Source: a virus
Taxonomy: Duplodnaviria; Caudoviricetes
Reading direction: 5' to 3' (one strand)
Length of the DNA stretch: 57,846 bases
Virus record (IMG/VR): IMGVR_UViG_3300028837_000819
Location: 1-57,846 of that record
Below the pieces are notes generated by a model. It saw nothing but the letters and a program-made list of their open reading frames with translations, searched no databases and was not told where the DNA came from. Shown here one piece after another: positions 27,939-38,774 of this stretch. Made by a program: the position numbers and the translations under genes. Numbering within the stretch: the stretch's first letter is position 1; the number at the start of each line of letters is the position of its first letter.

Positions 27939-28481
27939 ATGGCGAAGATCAGATACAAAAAGTCGCACATCCCTCCGTTCAAGAAGATCGCGGCCAAGGT
28001 CTCTGAAGCTGCGACTGCGGTCCTCGACGAGGAGGTTGCGAAGTTCTCCGAAGACGAGAAGGACCTATTCGTCGTCGAGATAGAGACGCAGGACGTTACG
28101 TCCTTCAAGACTGTCCCCCTCAACCCCGATTACAAGCAGTGGAAGATTCTTCACGGGCTCGACGAGCGTGTGATGATCGCCACCGGCTGGTACGTCTCGC
28201 AGATCAAGGTGCAACACAAGAGCACCGGTAAGTACGGGACCCTCTACTACGTCGGGTTCGACAATCGTGCACTGGCGCGGGACGCAGACGGAAACACCGT
28301 GCCGTTCACGCTTGTGAGCCTCGCGTGGGTACACGAGAAGGGATCGGCCAAGGCGCACGTACCGGCCCGACCGCATTGGGGGCCGCACCTCATGAAGATG
28401 AAGCGGCGGGCCGTGGGGCTCCGTCTGAGACTCCGGCAGAAGATCGTCAAGCGCTGGAAGCGAGCGCTTCCAAAGTTTTAG
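27939..28481 (+). CDS. Putative virion morphogenesis/tail completion protein
   Basis: PLNPDY..WK..., LAWVHEKG...VPARP motif typical of this class. Confidence 0.65.
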   Translation: MAKIRYKKSHIPPFKKIAAKVSEAATAVLDEEVAKFSEDEKDLFVVEIETQDVTSFKTVPLNPDYKQWKILHGLDERVMIATGWYVSQIKVQHKSTGKYGTLYYVGFDNRALARDADGNTVPFTLVSLAWVHEKGSAKAHVPARPHWGPHLMKMKRRAVGLRLRLRQKIVKRWKRALPKF

Positions 28482-28490
28482 GAGCGAGTG

Positions 28491-28877
28491 ATGGCAAAGA
28501 ACGTGGTACTGCTGGTCATGGCCCGCGAGGACCTACCGGCCAACCCGGAGACCGGGAGGCCCAACAGGTGGGGCGAGGTCGTCGGACAGTTCCCCGTGGA
28601 TCACAACTTCGGTCGGTTCGAGCAGCCCTCGGCCGGGAAGTTCGTCCACGTGCGGGTCGATGACTTGGACGACGACGCCGACCTCATGGAGCTTTATGAC
28701 ACGGGCGAGCAGACGCTCGGGCAGCCGGACCCCGAGACGGGCATCCCGACGGTTATAAAGGTCTATGCGAAGCGCTGGTTCGTCCCGGCTGAGATCATCG
28801 ACGAGATCAGGGCCGCCAACGGCGCGCGGCGCACGCTCACTCTCGAAGAGTTCGAGGATAGGGAGCCCGCTGAGTAA
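28491..28877 (+). CDS. Hypothetical acidic protein
   Basis: AGGAG RBS; coupled (TAATG) to the next gene. Confidence 0.65.
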   Translation: MAKNVVLLVMAREDLPANPETGRPNRWGEVVGQFPVDHNFGRFEQPSAGKFVHVRVDDLDDDADLMELYDTGEQTLGQPDPETGIPTVIKVYAKRWFVPAEIIDEIRAANGARRTLTLEEFEDREPAE

Positions 28878-31800
28878 TGCCCGCGCAGGTAAAACACCTC
28901 ATCATGCCGTCGGGTGGTGACTACACCTCTGCCTCCGCGTGGGAAGCCGGAGAGCAGAGGGACCTCGTGGCCGCCGACGAGATCGCCCTCGGTGAGATCA
29001 CCGGGGACTGGTCCGGCGGCGCGGATACCACTTACCTCCTCATCGACAACGTAAACTGGACCACGGACGCGACGCATTACATCTCCCTTTACACGGCGGA
29101 AGATGCTCGTCACCCCGGCCGGTGGGACACGAACAAGTACGTCCTCTCCGTCTCTTCGCAGTGGAACGGTGTCGTGCGGGTGGATGCTAACTACGTTCGG
29201 ATCGACGGTCTTCAGATAGAGAACGTTTGGACGGACGCGACCACGGGAAACGTGGTTGGGATCAATCAGAACGGGCACGGTGACGAGCACACGAACAACA
29301 TCATCAGATGGGGCGGGGGCGGGACCCCTGACTCTGCCAGTGACGCCGGGATTCAGTACGACGGTGCGGCGGCCGGGACACACAAGGCGCGGAACAATAT
29401 CATCTACGACTGGTACATGGGAATGTACTTCGATTACGGGGCGGCGGGCACGACCTTCGTCCTGTATGACAACACGATCAACGATAACGTGAGCACCGGC
29501 ATCTGGATTCAGGACTCCGTGGGCGACGTTACGCTCTACATGAAGAACAACATCTGCAACGGGAATGGCGCGGCGGATTACAACGAGACCACCTTCACGA
29601 CTTACGTCCACTCGAAGAACATCTCCGAGGACGCGACCTCTCCGGACGCTTCGTACCAGAGCATGGCTGTGGTCTTCGTTGATGAGGCCAACGATGACTT
29701 CCACGTGGACGTGAGCGATACCTACGCACGCGGAGCCGGAGACGATCTCTCTGCTGACGCACAGATGGCCTTCAACGATGACATCGACGGCTTCATGCGG
29801 GAGGTGGCTTGGGACATTGGGGCTGACCAGTTCCGAGCCGTCGAGGTCAAGCGGAGCATTTTGGAATCGGGAGGCGATTACTCGTCACTCTCCGGGTTCG
29901 CAGCCGGGGAGGAACGGGACCTCGGGCACCTTGGCGAGATCGCTGTCGGAGAGATCGACGAGGGCTGGACCTCGGCGGACACGGGGTACACGGACTTCGC
30001 TCCCACGAATTGGGTCACAACGCGGGGAAACTACATCTCGGTATTCACCACCAAGGCCGCGCGGCATCCCGGCCGGTGGGATACGAGCAAGTACCGGCTG
30101 GTGACGACCAACGTGTGGTACGGGGCGATCAGGTGCCGCGTGCCATTCGTCAGGATCGACGGGCTGCAGGTCTCGCGCGAGAGCGACGTGGACGTGGGAG
30201 ACGGGACTGGAATCCGGTTCGACGGCAGTGGGGACTATCACGTCACCAACAACATCGTACGATTCAATGGGACGGGGACGCTGGCCGGTGGGGATATCGG
30301 CCTCAACTTCGATACGGTCACGGGCGGCAACTTCAACGCGTACGTCCGGAACAACATCGTTTACGACTTCTACTACGGCTTCTTGATTGATTGGGCTGCT
30401 GGCGGAAACAAGATCGTCCTATACAACAACACCTTCCATAACAACGTCGGCCGTGCGGTACAGATTGTCGGGGCCGTCGGTGATATCGCGCTCTATATGA
30501 AGGACAACATCGCTCAGGGCTCCGGCCTTGCCGACTACAATATCACGTCCTTCACGACCCTCGTGACCTCGAAGAACATCTCCGAGGACACGACCTCGCC
30601 CGACGGCGCGAGCTATCAGAGCAAGGTCGTCACGTTCGTGGACGAGGCCGGGGATGACTTCCACGTCGCCGCCGCTGACACGTCCGGTGCTCTCAAGGGC
30701 GGGGACAACCTGTCCGCCGATGCACAGATGGCCTTCACGGATGACGTTGATGGTCACGCGCGGAGTTCAGGTCCGTGGACCATCGGGGCGGATGAATACA
30801 GGTCCGTCGAGGTGATCCGCACGATCAGCGAGACGGGTGGGGACTACACGTCCACCGCTGCGTTCGAGGCGGCTGAGCAACGGGACCTTGTGAACCTCGG
30901 GGAGGCGGCCGTTGCCAAGATCGACGGAGCATGGGCCGCCGCTGACACCGGTTCGGCGTACTTCGATTCTGCGGATTGGGTGACGGCCGAGGGCAACGGG
31001 ATCAAGGTTTACACGACGGCGGTGGCGCGGCACAAGGGCCGTCCCGGCACCACTACCTACCGGATCAACCCGGCGGCCGTCGGGGGCATCGGCATCCGGA
31101 CTGGCGTTCCGTGGACCGAGATATATGGCGTCGAGATTCTCGATTGGGGTGGCTCGGGATACTCGGCTTCGGCGATTCAGGTCAACACCGGCATTTCCAA
31201 CTGTCGGATCGGATACAACCTCATTCACAACGAGGTCGCGGGCAATGGCGGTGCGGGCATCTCCTTTGGGAGCGCTGGCTCTTACGGGATGCACGTCTTC
31301 AACAACATCATCTACGGCTGCCAGACCGGGATCAGTGGGGACTCTTGGGGCACGTCGTTCTATCAGTACGTGTACGCCAACACGGTCTCGAACATGAGCG
31401 CGTACGGGATCGTCTCCAACAACGGGTTCACGGTCGCGAAGGACAACCTCGTCCAGACGTGCGCCACGGCCTGTTACAACTCCAACTTTGCGGCGGCTTC
31501 CACCAACAACCTCGCCGACGACACGACCGCGCCGGGCTCCAGCCCGATCAACAGCACCACGGTCTCCTTCATCAACATCAACGGAATCGCAACGAACGTG
31601 CTCAGGGACTACCGGATTCACGAAGACAGCGCCAATGCGCGCGGCGCTGGCGCGGACCTCACGTCAGACGCGGACCTCGCGGTCGCGGACGACATCAACG
31701 GGAAGCCCCGCGATCCTCTGCACTTCGACGTCGGGGCCAGCCAGTTTGTTGCCGTCGAGCGCGAGCGGGTCATCGCGGACAGTGGCGGCGATTACACCAC

Positions 31801-33700
31801 GCAGGCGGCCTTCGAGGCGGGCGAACAGACGGACCTCGTGGCCGAGGGCGTTGCTCTCGTCGGCAAGATCAGTGGGTCCTTCGCGGCGGCCGAGACGACG
31901 ACCGTCACGTACGCCGGGTCCTCATGGTACACGTGCCGGGGCAATGGGCTCAAGGTCTACACACTCGATGACGGAGCCCGGCATCCCGGTCGCTGGAGCG
32001 ATACCGCGTACCGGATCATCGTCACGGCCAACGAGTGCATCAGGCTCGAATCTCCGGTGCGTCACATCTGGATCGACGGCCAGCAGTTGTTTACCAACCA
32101 TTCCACGTCGCCTTACGACGGGGTTCACAGCAGTGTCAATGACTCCAGCAGTCACCCGGAAGCGCTGATCGAAGTCTCGAACAACATTATGAAGAGCGAC
32201 GGAACTGCAGGCGGGAAATGCGGCGGGTTCCACAGCGAATGGGCTTACGGATACAACACTGCCAACCGAATCTGGAAGAACATTATCTACGACTTCGGCA
32301 ACGGAGGCGGGTACAAAGAGTCGGGGATCATGTGCCGCACCGGAGACTTTTGGGTTTACCGGAACACGATTGACCGGTGTCGGTATGGCGTCTATGATGA
32401 CGGCAACGGGGCTGACATCACAGCCAAGGGCAACATCGCGCTGGTCTACGGCACCACGCCCGTCTGCTATCAGGGCACCTTCAACGCGAACTCGACCAAC
32501 AACCTCGCGAGCGACGCCACGGCTCCGGGCTCGAATCCGATCAACAACGCCACGCCGGTCTTCGTGGATCAGGCCAACGATGACTATCACCTCGACATGA
32601 CGGACACGGACGCGATGCAAGCCGGATTGGACCTTTCGGCTGACGCCGAGATTCCGATCACCGATGACATCGACGGCCACGGTCTCAAGGCTGTGCCGGA
32701 CGTGGGCGCTGACGAGTACCGGGAGTTGGAGGTAAAGGTTCGGGTCAGGCCCACGGGAGGGGACTACACGACCCTCGCGGCGGCGAACACCGGAGAAGAG
32801 CGTGACCTCGTTCATGCGGGTGAGAAGTCGTTTATCTCGGTGGAGGGAGACTGGAGTGGTGGACCTGACACCACGGACACGACCTTCGATGAGGACTCGG
32901 CTTGGAGAACCTCTGCCGGGAACTACGTCCGGATTGAAGCCGATGACGCCAACAGGGCCACGGCCAAGTGGGATGCGAACAAGTACGTCCGTCGAGTCGC
33001 TGGCATCAGCGGGGTCATCAACATCGACCTGAACAGGTGCATAGTCCGTGGCCTTCAACTCCACGCGAACAACGCATACCGGTCCTGCGTCCAAGTACAT
33101 CGCTCTGGCGGGCACGTGACTGTCGACGGGAACTTCTGCCGCGCGCTCGATCAGACACAGAATTGTCAGGTCATCGGGCTGGACGGGTACCCCATGACCG
33201 TTGATATCATAAACAATATCTGCGAGGGCGGCGGCCACGGAATCTTCAGCGCTGCTGTCGTCGAGAAGGACCTTCAGATTTACAACAACACCATCTACGA
33301 CATGTCGCAGGTCGGCGTCAACGTGAATTGGAGTACCGGGGTCGTCAACATCAAGAACAATCTCGTTCAGGTCACGGCTGTCAATGACTATGTGATTGGC
33401 GTCAGTGGTGGGACTCTGAACACGGCGGGCAACGTAAGCGAAGACGCGACTTCCCCCGAGACAGCCCTTCGGAACCTCACGGCGGTCTTCGAGGATGTTG
33501 GATCGCTTGACTTCCATCTCTCCACAGCCGATTCGGCAGGCAGACTCAACGGGACGGACCTTTCGGCTGATGCCTACTATGCCTTCGACACGGACATCAA
33601 TGTGCAGAAGAGAATCGCCCCGTGGGATTCTGGAGCCGCTGAACTGCTCCTGAAGACCGGCGGGGGCGGGGGTGGTATGTTTAATAGGGGCATGGTCTAA
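28877..33700 (+). CDS. 1607-aa protein made of five tandem ~320-aa beta-helix modules (putative neck appendage/adhesin)
   Basis: Each module begins GGDY(T/S)..E..DL and ends with a D..G...(W/F/P)(D/T).GA-type motif; NNIIY-type coils. Confidence 0.8.
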   Translation: MPAQVKHLIMPSGGDYTSASAWEAGEQRDLVAADEIALGEITGDWSGGADTTYLLIDNVNWTTDATHYISLYTAEDARHPGRWDTNKYVLSVSSQWNGVVRVDANYVRIDGLQIENVWTDATTGNVVGINQNGHGDEHTNNIIRWGGGGTPDSASDAGIQYDGAAAGTHKARNNIIYDWYMGMYFDYGAAGTTFVLYDNTINDNVSTGIWIQDSVGDVTLYMKNNICNGNGAADYNETTFTTYVHSKNISEDATSPDASYQSMAVVFVDEANDDFHVDVSDTYARGAGDDLSADAQMAFNDDIDGFMREVAWDIGADQFRAVEVKRSILESGGDYSSLSGFAAGEERDLGHLGEIAVGEIDEGWTSADTGYTDFAPTNWVTTRGNYISVFTTKAARHPGRWDTSKYRLVTTNVWYGAIRCRVPFVRIDGLQVSRESDVDVGDGTGIRFDGSGDYHVTNNIVRFNGTGTLAGGDIGLNFDTVTGGNFNAYVRNNIVYDFYYGFLIDWAAGGNKIVLYNNTFHNNVGRAVQIVGAVGDIALYMKDNIAQGSGLADYNITSFTTLVTSKNISEDTTSPDGASYQSKVVTFVDEAGDDFHVAAADTSGALKGGDNLSADAQMAFTDDVDGHARSSGPWTIGADEYRSVEVIRTISETGGDYTSTAAFEAAEQRDLVNLGEAAVAKIDGAWAAADTGSAYFDSADWVTAEGNGIKVYTTAVARHKGRPGTTTYRINPAAVGGIGIRTGVPWTEIYGVEILDWGGSGYSASAIQVNTGISNCRIGYNLIHNEVAGNGGAGISFGSAGSYGMHVFNNIIYGCQTGISGDSWGTSFYQYVYANTVSNMSAYGIVSNNGFTVAKDNLVQTCATACYNSNFAAASTNNLADDTTAPGSSPINSTTVSFININGIATNVLRDYRIHEDSANARGAGADLTSDADLAVADDINGKPRDPLHFDVGASQFVAVERERVIADSGGDYTTQAAFEAGEQTDLVAEGVALVGKISGSFAAAETTTVTYAGSSWYTCRGNGLKVYTLDDGARHPGRWSDTAYRIIVTANECIRLESPVRHIWIDGQQLFTNHSTSPYDGVHSSVNDSSSHPEALIEVSNNIMKSDGTAGGKCGGFHSEWAYGYNTANRIWKNIIYDFGNGGGYKESGIMCRTGDFWVYRNTIDRCRYGVYDDGNGADITAKGNIALVYGTTPVCYQGTFNANSTNNLASDATAPGSNPINNATPVFVDQANDDYHLDMTDTDAMQAGLDLSADAEIPITDDIDGHGLKAVPDVGADEYRELEVKVRVRPTGGDYTTLAAANTGEERDLVHAGEKSFISVEGDWSGGPDTTDTTFDEDSAWRTSAGNYVRIEADDANRATAKWDANKYVRRVAGISGVINIDLNRCIVRGLQLHANNAYRSCVQVHRSGGHVTVDGNFCRALDQTQNCQVIGLDGYPMTVDIINNICEGGGHGIFSAAVVEKDLQIYNNTIYDMSQVGVNVNWSTGVVNIKNNLVQVTAVNDYVIGVSGGTLNTAGNVSEDATSPETALRNLTAVFEDVGSLDFHLSTADSAGRLNGTDLSADAYYAFDTDINVQKRIAPWDSGAAELLLKTGGGGGGMFNRGMV

Positions 33701-36700
33701 TGATTCCGTTGAAGCAGTCGTTGGCCGGGCAGGACGTTCCCGTCCGGCTCTTTAACAACGCGAACAACCCGGTCACGGGTGTCACCGCGCCGACGATACA
33801 GGTGAGCAAGAGCGGTGCCGCTCTCGTTGCCGTCTCGGACGGCGCGTGGACTGAGATCGGGAGCGGCTGCTATAACATTCAGGTCGACGCAACGGATACG
33901 AACACGGTTGGGTACCTACTGGTCATCGTGACGGGAACTGGCTTCGTGGACGCTCCGGTCCTCTGTTGGGTCCGGGCGAACACGGAGAAGGATATCGACG
34001 ACAAGCTCGGCGCTCCGGCAGGCGCGAGCGTCTCTGCGGACATCGCGGCGAACCTCGTGGCGGTCAACGCCGTCGGGACGGCAGTCGGGCTGCTCAACGA
34101 TCTTTCCGCACTGCAAGTCGAGAACGCGGTGTGGAATGCTGCGCGCTCGGCGCACACAGGTGCGACCACCTTTGGCGGCGGGGTCCTCACTGAAGACCTC
34201 AACGCGGCTGCGAAGGCGAGCGTTAATGCGGAGGTGGATGCCGCGCTCGATACCGCGATCCCCGGCTCCCCGACGGCGGACTCGATCAACGAACGGATCA
34301 AGACGCTGGATGACAACTACACGGTGACGCGGGCCGGGAACCTCGATAACCTCGACCAAGCCCTCAGCACCACGGAGTCCAACATCAGAGGCTCGGACGG
34401 CGATGACCTCAAGGACATCTCCGACGAGATAGCCGGGGTGTCCGCCGCTATCGGACTGCTCAATGATCTCAGCGCCACTCAGGTCGAGAACGCCGTTTGG
34501 GACGCGAGTAAGGCGGCTCACACAACCGGCACGACCTTCGGAGACCTCGGGAACAAGATCGACCAGTCCCTCTCAGCTACCGAGACCAACATCAGGGGCG
34601 CGGACGGGGACGATCTCAAGGACATCTCCGATGAGATCGGTCTCCTGAACAACCTCTCGGCCGCGCAGGTCAACGCCGAAGTCGATACGGCTCTCGCTGA
34701 CATCAACCTCGATCACCTCATGGCGGTGGCTGCAACGGGTTCGGACGTGGTGGATGATTCCGTCATTGCTCAGCTTGCCAGTAAGTCGGCGACGGCGGAT
34801 TGGGACACCTTTGACAACACGGCCGATTCGCTCGAAGCGCTGGCCGATGCGCTGGCGGGCTCGGGGCTCACGGCGCAGCAGGTCCGTGACGCCATGAAGC
34901 TGGCTCCCACGGTGGGCGCTCCTGCAGTGGGCTCCGTTGACGCACACCTTGACACCATCGAGGCGGACACAACGGCCATCGTCGCGAAGCTCCCTACGGG
35001 TACGATCTCTGATTTCGACGAGGCCAGCGATCTTGTCGATCTCAACGCGGATCAGAGCACCGTCACGTTCGGCACGGTGAATGCGCTCGGCACGACGGCC
35101 AAGGCGGACGTGAATGCGGAGGTGGACGCGGCACTGGACACGGCTATCCCCGGCTCCCCGACGGCTGACTCCATCAATGAGCGCATCAAGACCCTCGATG
35201 ACAATTACACGGCCGCGCGCGCGGGGAATCTGGACAACCTCGATCAGGCCATCTCCACGACCGAGAGCAACCTCATGGGTACGGGCAGCCGGGACCTCAC
35301 CGAGGTGTACGATCTCGTGGGGGCACTCAATAACCTGTCGGCCCTACAAGTCGAGAACGCGGTGTGGGACGCGGCCAAGTCGAGCCACACGGGCGGGACC
35401 ACCTTCGGCGATCTCGGCCAGAAGGTCGATCAGGCGATCAGCGTCACCGAGTCCAACATCCGAGGCACGGACGGGGACGATCTCAAGGACCTCAGCGATC
35501 AGATGGACGCCCTGCAGACCTCCATCGACGGCATCTCGAACGTCACTCGGCTCAGCACGGCGCTCCCGAAGTACATGCAGCGCCCGTCCTCGGGTGACAA
35601 GGCCGTCTTCGTCAAGGTCGCCCTCAAGGACACCACCGGTCAGATGGAGGACCCGGACAACAGCGACATTGGGCTCAAGGTCTACAACTCGGCCGGGACT
35701 TCAAGGAACGCGAACCTCTATCAGGATCAGGCGCTTACGACGTCGCTGGTCGCCAGCTTGTACGCCGGTCGCCTGAAGCTCGTGAAGACTGCCACCGGTC
35801 TCTATGAGTTCTACTACAAGGTCAACGCCGCCGATGCAGAGGAGGAGTTGATCTTCGACTTCTATTGGGAAGAGAGCAGCGTCGGCCTCACGGAGTTCCG
35901 CTCCTCGCAGATTACGGACGCGGCGAACGATCTCACGGCTATCAAGCTGCAGACGGACAAGCTCACCTTCGACGGCTCCAGCCGGATCATCTCGAACGCC
36001 CGCGCGATCTCGGACAGCACGACTGCGGCGGATGATCTCGAAGCCAACATCGGGTACCTCGACCAGTCGCTCGTGACGATGGAGGCTGACATCAGGGGAA
36101 CAGACGGGGACGACCTGAAGGATATCTCCGACGAGATTGCTGCGCTCAGCATACCTACGGTCGGGCAGATCGAGAACGCGGTGTGGAATGCGGCTCGCTC
36201 GGGTCACACCAACGTCGGGAGCATGGGCGAGACGATGACGGACCTCGACACGAAGCTCCCCACCGGGACCATTTCGGACTTCGACGAGACGAGCGACCTT
36301 GTGGACCTCAACGCGGACCAGAGCGGCGTGACAATCGGGACCGTCAACGCTCTCGGGACCACCGCGAAGGCGGACGTGCTGGCGGAAGTCAACTCGGCTC
36401 TCAACACAGCAGTTCCGGGAAGTCCGACGGCCGATTCCCTCTTCGAGCGCATCCAGACGCTCGATGATAACTACACGGCAGCGAGAGCGCCCAACCTTGA
36501 CAACCTCGATCAGGCGATCAGCACCACGGAGTCGAACATCCGAGGGTCCGACGGCGACGACCTGAAGGACCTCAGCGATCAACTCGATGCCGTCTCCACG
36601 GCTATCGGTGCGCTCAACAATCTCAGCGCTGCACAGGTGAATGCCGAGGTGGACACCGCGCTCTCGGACATCAACCTCGATCACCTTATGGCGGTCGCTG

Positions 36701-37893
36701 CTACCGGGGCGGACGTGGTTGACGATTCGGCCATCGCGCAGATGGTCAGCAAGGCGGGAACAGCAGATTGGGACACGTTCGACAACACCGCAGACTCGCT
36801 TGAGGCCATCGCCGACGCCATGAGCGGCTCTGGACTTACGGCTCAGCAGGTCCGGGATGCCATGAAGCTCGCCCCCACGGGCGGTGCCCCGGCTGGTGGA
36901 TCGGTTGACGCCCACCTCGATAACATCGAGACCGACACAACCGCCATCGTGGCGAAGCTCCCCACCGGGACGATCTCCGACTTCGATGAGACCACGGACA
37001 AGGTGGACCTCAATGCGAATCAGTCGAGCGTGACCGTCGGAACCGTCACGGTTGTGGATTCTCTCGGGACTACGGCCAAGGCAGACGTGAATGCCGAGGT
37101 CGACGCCGCGCTTGATACCGCGATTCCTGCTTCGCCAACAGCAGACTCGATCAACGAGCGGATCAAGACGCTGGATGACAACTATACGCCCGCGCGCGCG
37201 GGGTACCTCGATGACCTCGATGCCCCGATCAGTACGGCCATCGCGGACATAGCGACGAACCTCAGCGCGATCAACGCCGTTGGGGTGCTGGTCGCTGGGC
37301 AGAACGATCTCTCGGCCCTACAGGTCGAGAACGCCGTGTGGGATGCGGTCCTCGCGGCGCACCCGAATATCGGATCGACCGGGCTGGCGCTCGCAACGGC
37401 GGCGGCCGGTGGCTCGCCCACGACGATTGCGGCGGCCGTGTGGGACCTCGCACGCGCGGGGCACACGGGACCCACGACCTTCGGCGGCTCCATCGACGCG
37501 CTGGACACGAAGCTCCCCGCTGGTCCTATCGCCGAACCGGGCGATCAGATGGACCTCGTTCCGGCAACGCTCGCGCGGCTTACCGAGTACATCCCGAGGC
37601 GGTCGGTATCGTACGATGACACCGGGGACGTGCTGACGATCCTCGCGTGGCTGGAGATCGAGGGCGAGATCGTGGCATCGCCTACGAGCGTTGCGGTGGA
37701 CGTGCTAGATGAGGACGGAACCAACGTCTTCGCGCAGCTTACGTCCAGCAGTCCGCAGACCGACGGCGTCTTCAAGCTCACGCAGAGCGCGCCGGGGCTC
37801 ACTCCGGCGAAGTCATATCAGGTGAAGGTGGCGGTTGTGCATAACGCCATCACGTACACGAACATCAAGAACATCGTGACGGTGGGTGCATGA
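33700..37893 (+). CDS. 1397-aa repeat-rich fibrous protein (putative neck/collar fibre shaft)
   Basis: Repeated blocks NAEVDAALDTAIPGSPTADSINERIKTLDDNYT, ESNIRGxDGDDLKD(I/L)SD, QVENAVW and KLPTGTISDFDE; beta-rich N-terminal, middle and C-terminal domains. Confidence 0.75.
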   Translation: MIPLKQSLAGQDVPVRLFNNANNPVTGVTAPTIQVSKSGAALVAVSDGAWTEIGSGCYNIQVDATDTNTVGYLLVIVTGTGFVDAPVLCWVRANTEKDIDDKLGAPAGASVSADIAANLVAVNAVGTAVGLLNDLSALQVENAVWNAARSAHTGATTFGGGVLTEDLNAAAKASVNAEVDAALDTAIPGSPTADSINERIKTLDDNYTVTRAGNLDNLDQALSTTESNIRGSDGDDLKDISDEIAGVSAAIGLLNDLSATQVENAVWDASKAAHTTGTTFGDLGNKIDQSLSATETNIRGADGDDLKDISDEIGLLNNLSAAQVNAEVDTALADINLDHLMAVAATGSDVVDDSVIAQLASKSATADWDTFDNTADSLEALADALAGSGLTAQQVRDAMKLAPTVGAPAVGSVDAHLDTIEADTTAIVAKLPTGTISDFDEASDLVDLNADQSTVTFGTVNALGTTAKADVNAEVDAALDTAIPGSPTADSINERIKTLDDNYTAARAGNLDNLDQAISTTESNLMGTGSRDLTEVYDLVGALNNLSALQVENAVWDAAKSSHTGGTTFGDLGQKVDQAISVTESNIRGTDGDDLKDLSDQMDALQTSIDGISNVTRLSTALPKYMQRPSSGDKAVFVKVALKDTTGQMEDPDNSDIGLKVYNSAGTSRNANLYQDQALTTSLVASLYAGRLKLVKTATGLYEFYYKVNAADAEEELIFDFYWEESSVGLTEFRSSQITDAANDLTAIKLQTDKLTFDGSSRIISNARAISDSTTAADDLEANIGYLDQSLVTMEADIRGTDGDDLKDISDEIAALSIPTVGQIENAVWNAARSGHTNVGSMGETMTDLDTKLPTGTISDFDETSDLVDLNADQSGVTIGTVNALGTTAKADVLAEVNSALNTAVPGSPTADSLFERIQTLDDNYTAARAPNLDNLDQAISTTESNIRGSDGDDLKDLSDQLDAVSTAIGALNNLSAAQVNAEVDTALSDINLDHLMAVAATGADVVDDSAIAQMVSKAGTADWDTFDNTADSLEAIADAMSGSGLTAQQVRDAMKLAPTGGAPAGGSVDAHLDNIETDTTAIVAKLPTGTISDFDETTDKVDLNANQSSVTVGTVTVVDSLGTTAKADVNAEVDAALDTAIPASPTADSINERIKTLDDNYTPARAGYLDDLDAPISTAIADIATNLSAINAVGVLVAGQNDLSALQVENAVWDAVLAAHPNIGSTGLALATAAAGGSPTTIAAAVWDLARAGHTGPTTFGGSIDALDTKLPAGPIAEPGDQMDLVPATLARLTEYIPRRSVSYDDTGDVLTILAWLEIEGEIVASPTSVAVDVLDEDGTNVFAQLTSSSPQTDGVFKLTQSAPGLTPAKSYQVKVAVVHNAITYTNIKNIVTVGA

Positions 37894-38774
37894 TAATTCA
37901 GCAGACAGGGCCGGACGCAGTGCTCATGTTTCTGGACGCCGGAGGTCTCACGCCTCCGGACCCGTGCACCATCGTGTCCGTCCGGAAGGCTGGCCCCGTC
38001 ACCATCGAGGTGGAGATCACCGACGGCGCGGGGTATGACAACTACGTCCAGCTTCGCAAGAGGGACACTGGCGAACTCGTGGACCTCAGCTTTGTCTCCG
38101 GCGACGGGACTGTCACGCTCACCGCGCCGACCGAAACAGCCGTCTATCTCCTCATCCCATACAGCGTCAACGGGGCGTACGTCTCCGTGCCCGGCGATCC
38201 GTGGAGCGTGTACCTCTCTTGCGGCCTCTGCATCAAGGAATTCCCGGTCGCGTCGGGCGTCGATATCCCGATCCAAGAGCAACTCATCGAGGAGATGTAC
38301 GAGCGCACGTATCCGGCGCTGCCATACTACAATCTTCTCAAGCAGGTCACGCCGCAGACCACCGGCCCCGAGGAGATCGTCGGCGAGGCGGCCACCACAC
38401 AGTTCGACCCTATTTGGGGCGAGCGCGTCCCGAGCAACATGACGGAGTGGGACCAAGCGCACCTCAGTACCACCTTCGATCCGACGGAGAAGGGCGAGTA
38501 CGCGGCCCCGGTCGAGCTTCACATCCGCGTGCAGCGTGAGGCCCACGAGCTTGACCTCAAGAAGTGGGGCTTCGATCAGATCAGGGACGTGCTGGCCTTC
38601 ATCCCGCTCTCGGTTCTGGAGACGAACGCGATCCTCGTCCGGCCGGGTGACTACTTCGTTTGGGACGAGACCGAGTACACCGTCTTGCAGAAGGACCGGG
38701 ACGGCTGGTGGAAGAACACGACGAGGCGCTTTTACATGATCCTCAACTGCGAGAAGCGGAGGAAGGGCTCGTGA
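37890..38774 (+). CDS. Head closure/neck protein (T4 gp14-like) with an N-terminal Ig-like domain
   Basis: FDPIWGE, LKKWGF...D...FIP, RPGD motifs; position before the gp15-like gene. Confidence 0.65.
   Translation: MIIQQTGPDAVLMFLDAGGLTPPDPCTIVSVRKAGPVTIEVEITDGAGYDNYVQLRKRDTGELVDLSFVSGDGTVTLTAPTETAVYLLIPYSVNGAYVSVPGDPWSVYLSCGLCIKEFPVASGVDIPIQEQLIEEMYERTYPALPYYNLLKQVTPQTTGPEEIVGEAATTQFDPIWGERVPSNMTEWDQAHLSTTFDPTEKGEYAAPVELHIRVQREAHELDLKKWGFDQIRDVLAFIPLSVLETNAILVRPGDYFVWDETEYTVLQKDRDGWWKNTTRRFYMILNCEKRRKGS

Noticed and set aside
33700-37893. DNA repeats considered as a CRISPR array or DGR template/variable repeat
   Set aside because: In-frame coding repeats with mostly synonymous differences; no spacer structure, adenine-specific variation or reverse transcriptase in the window.
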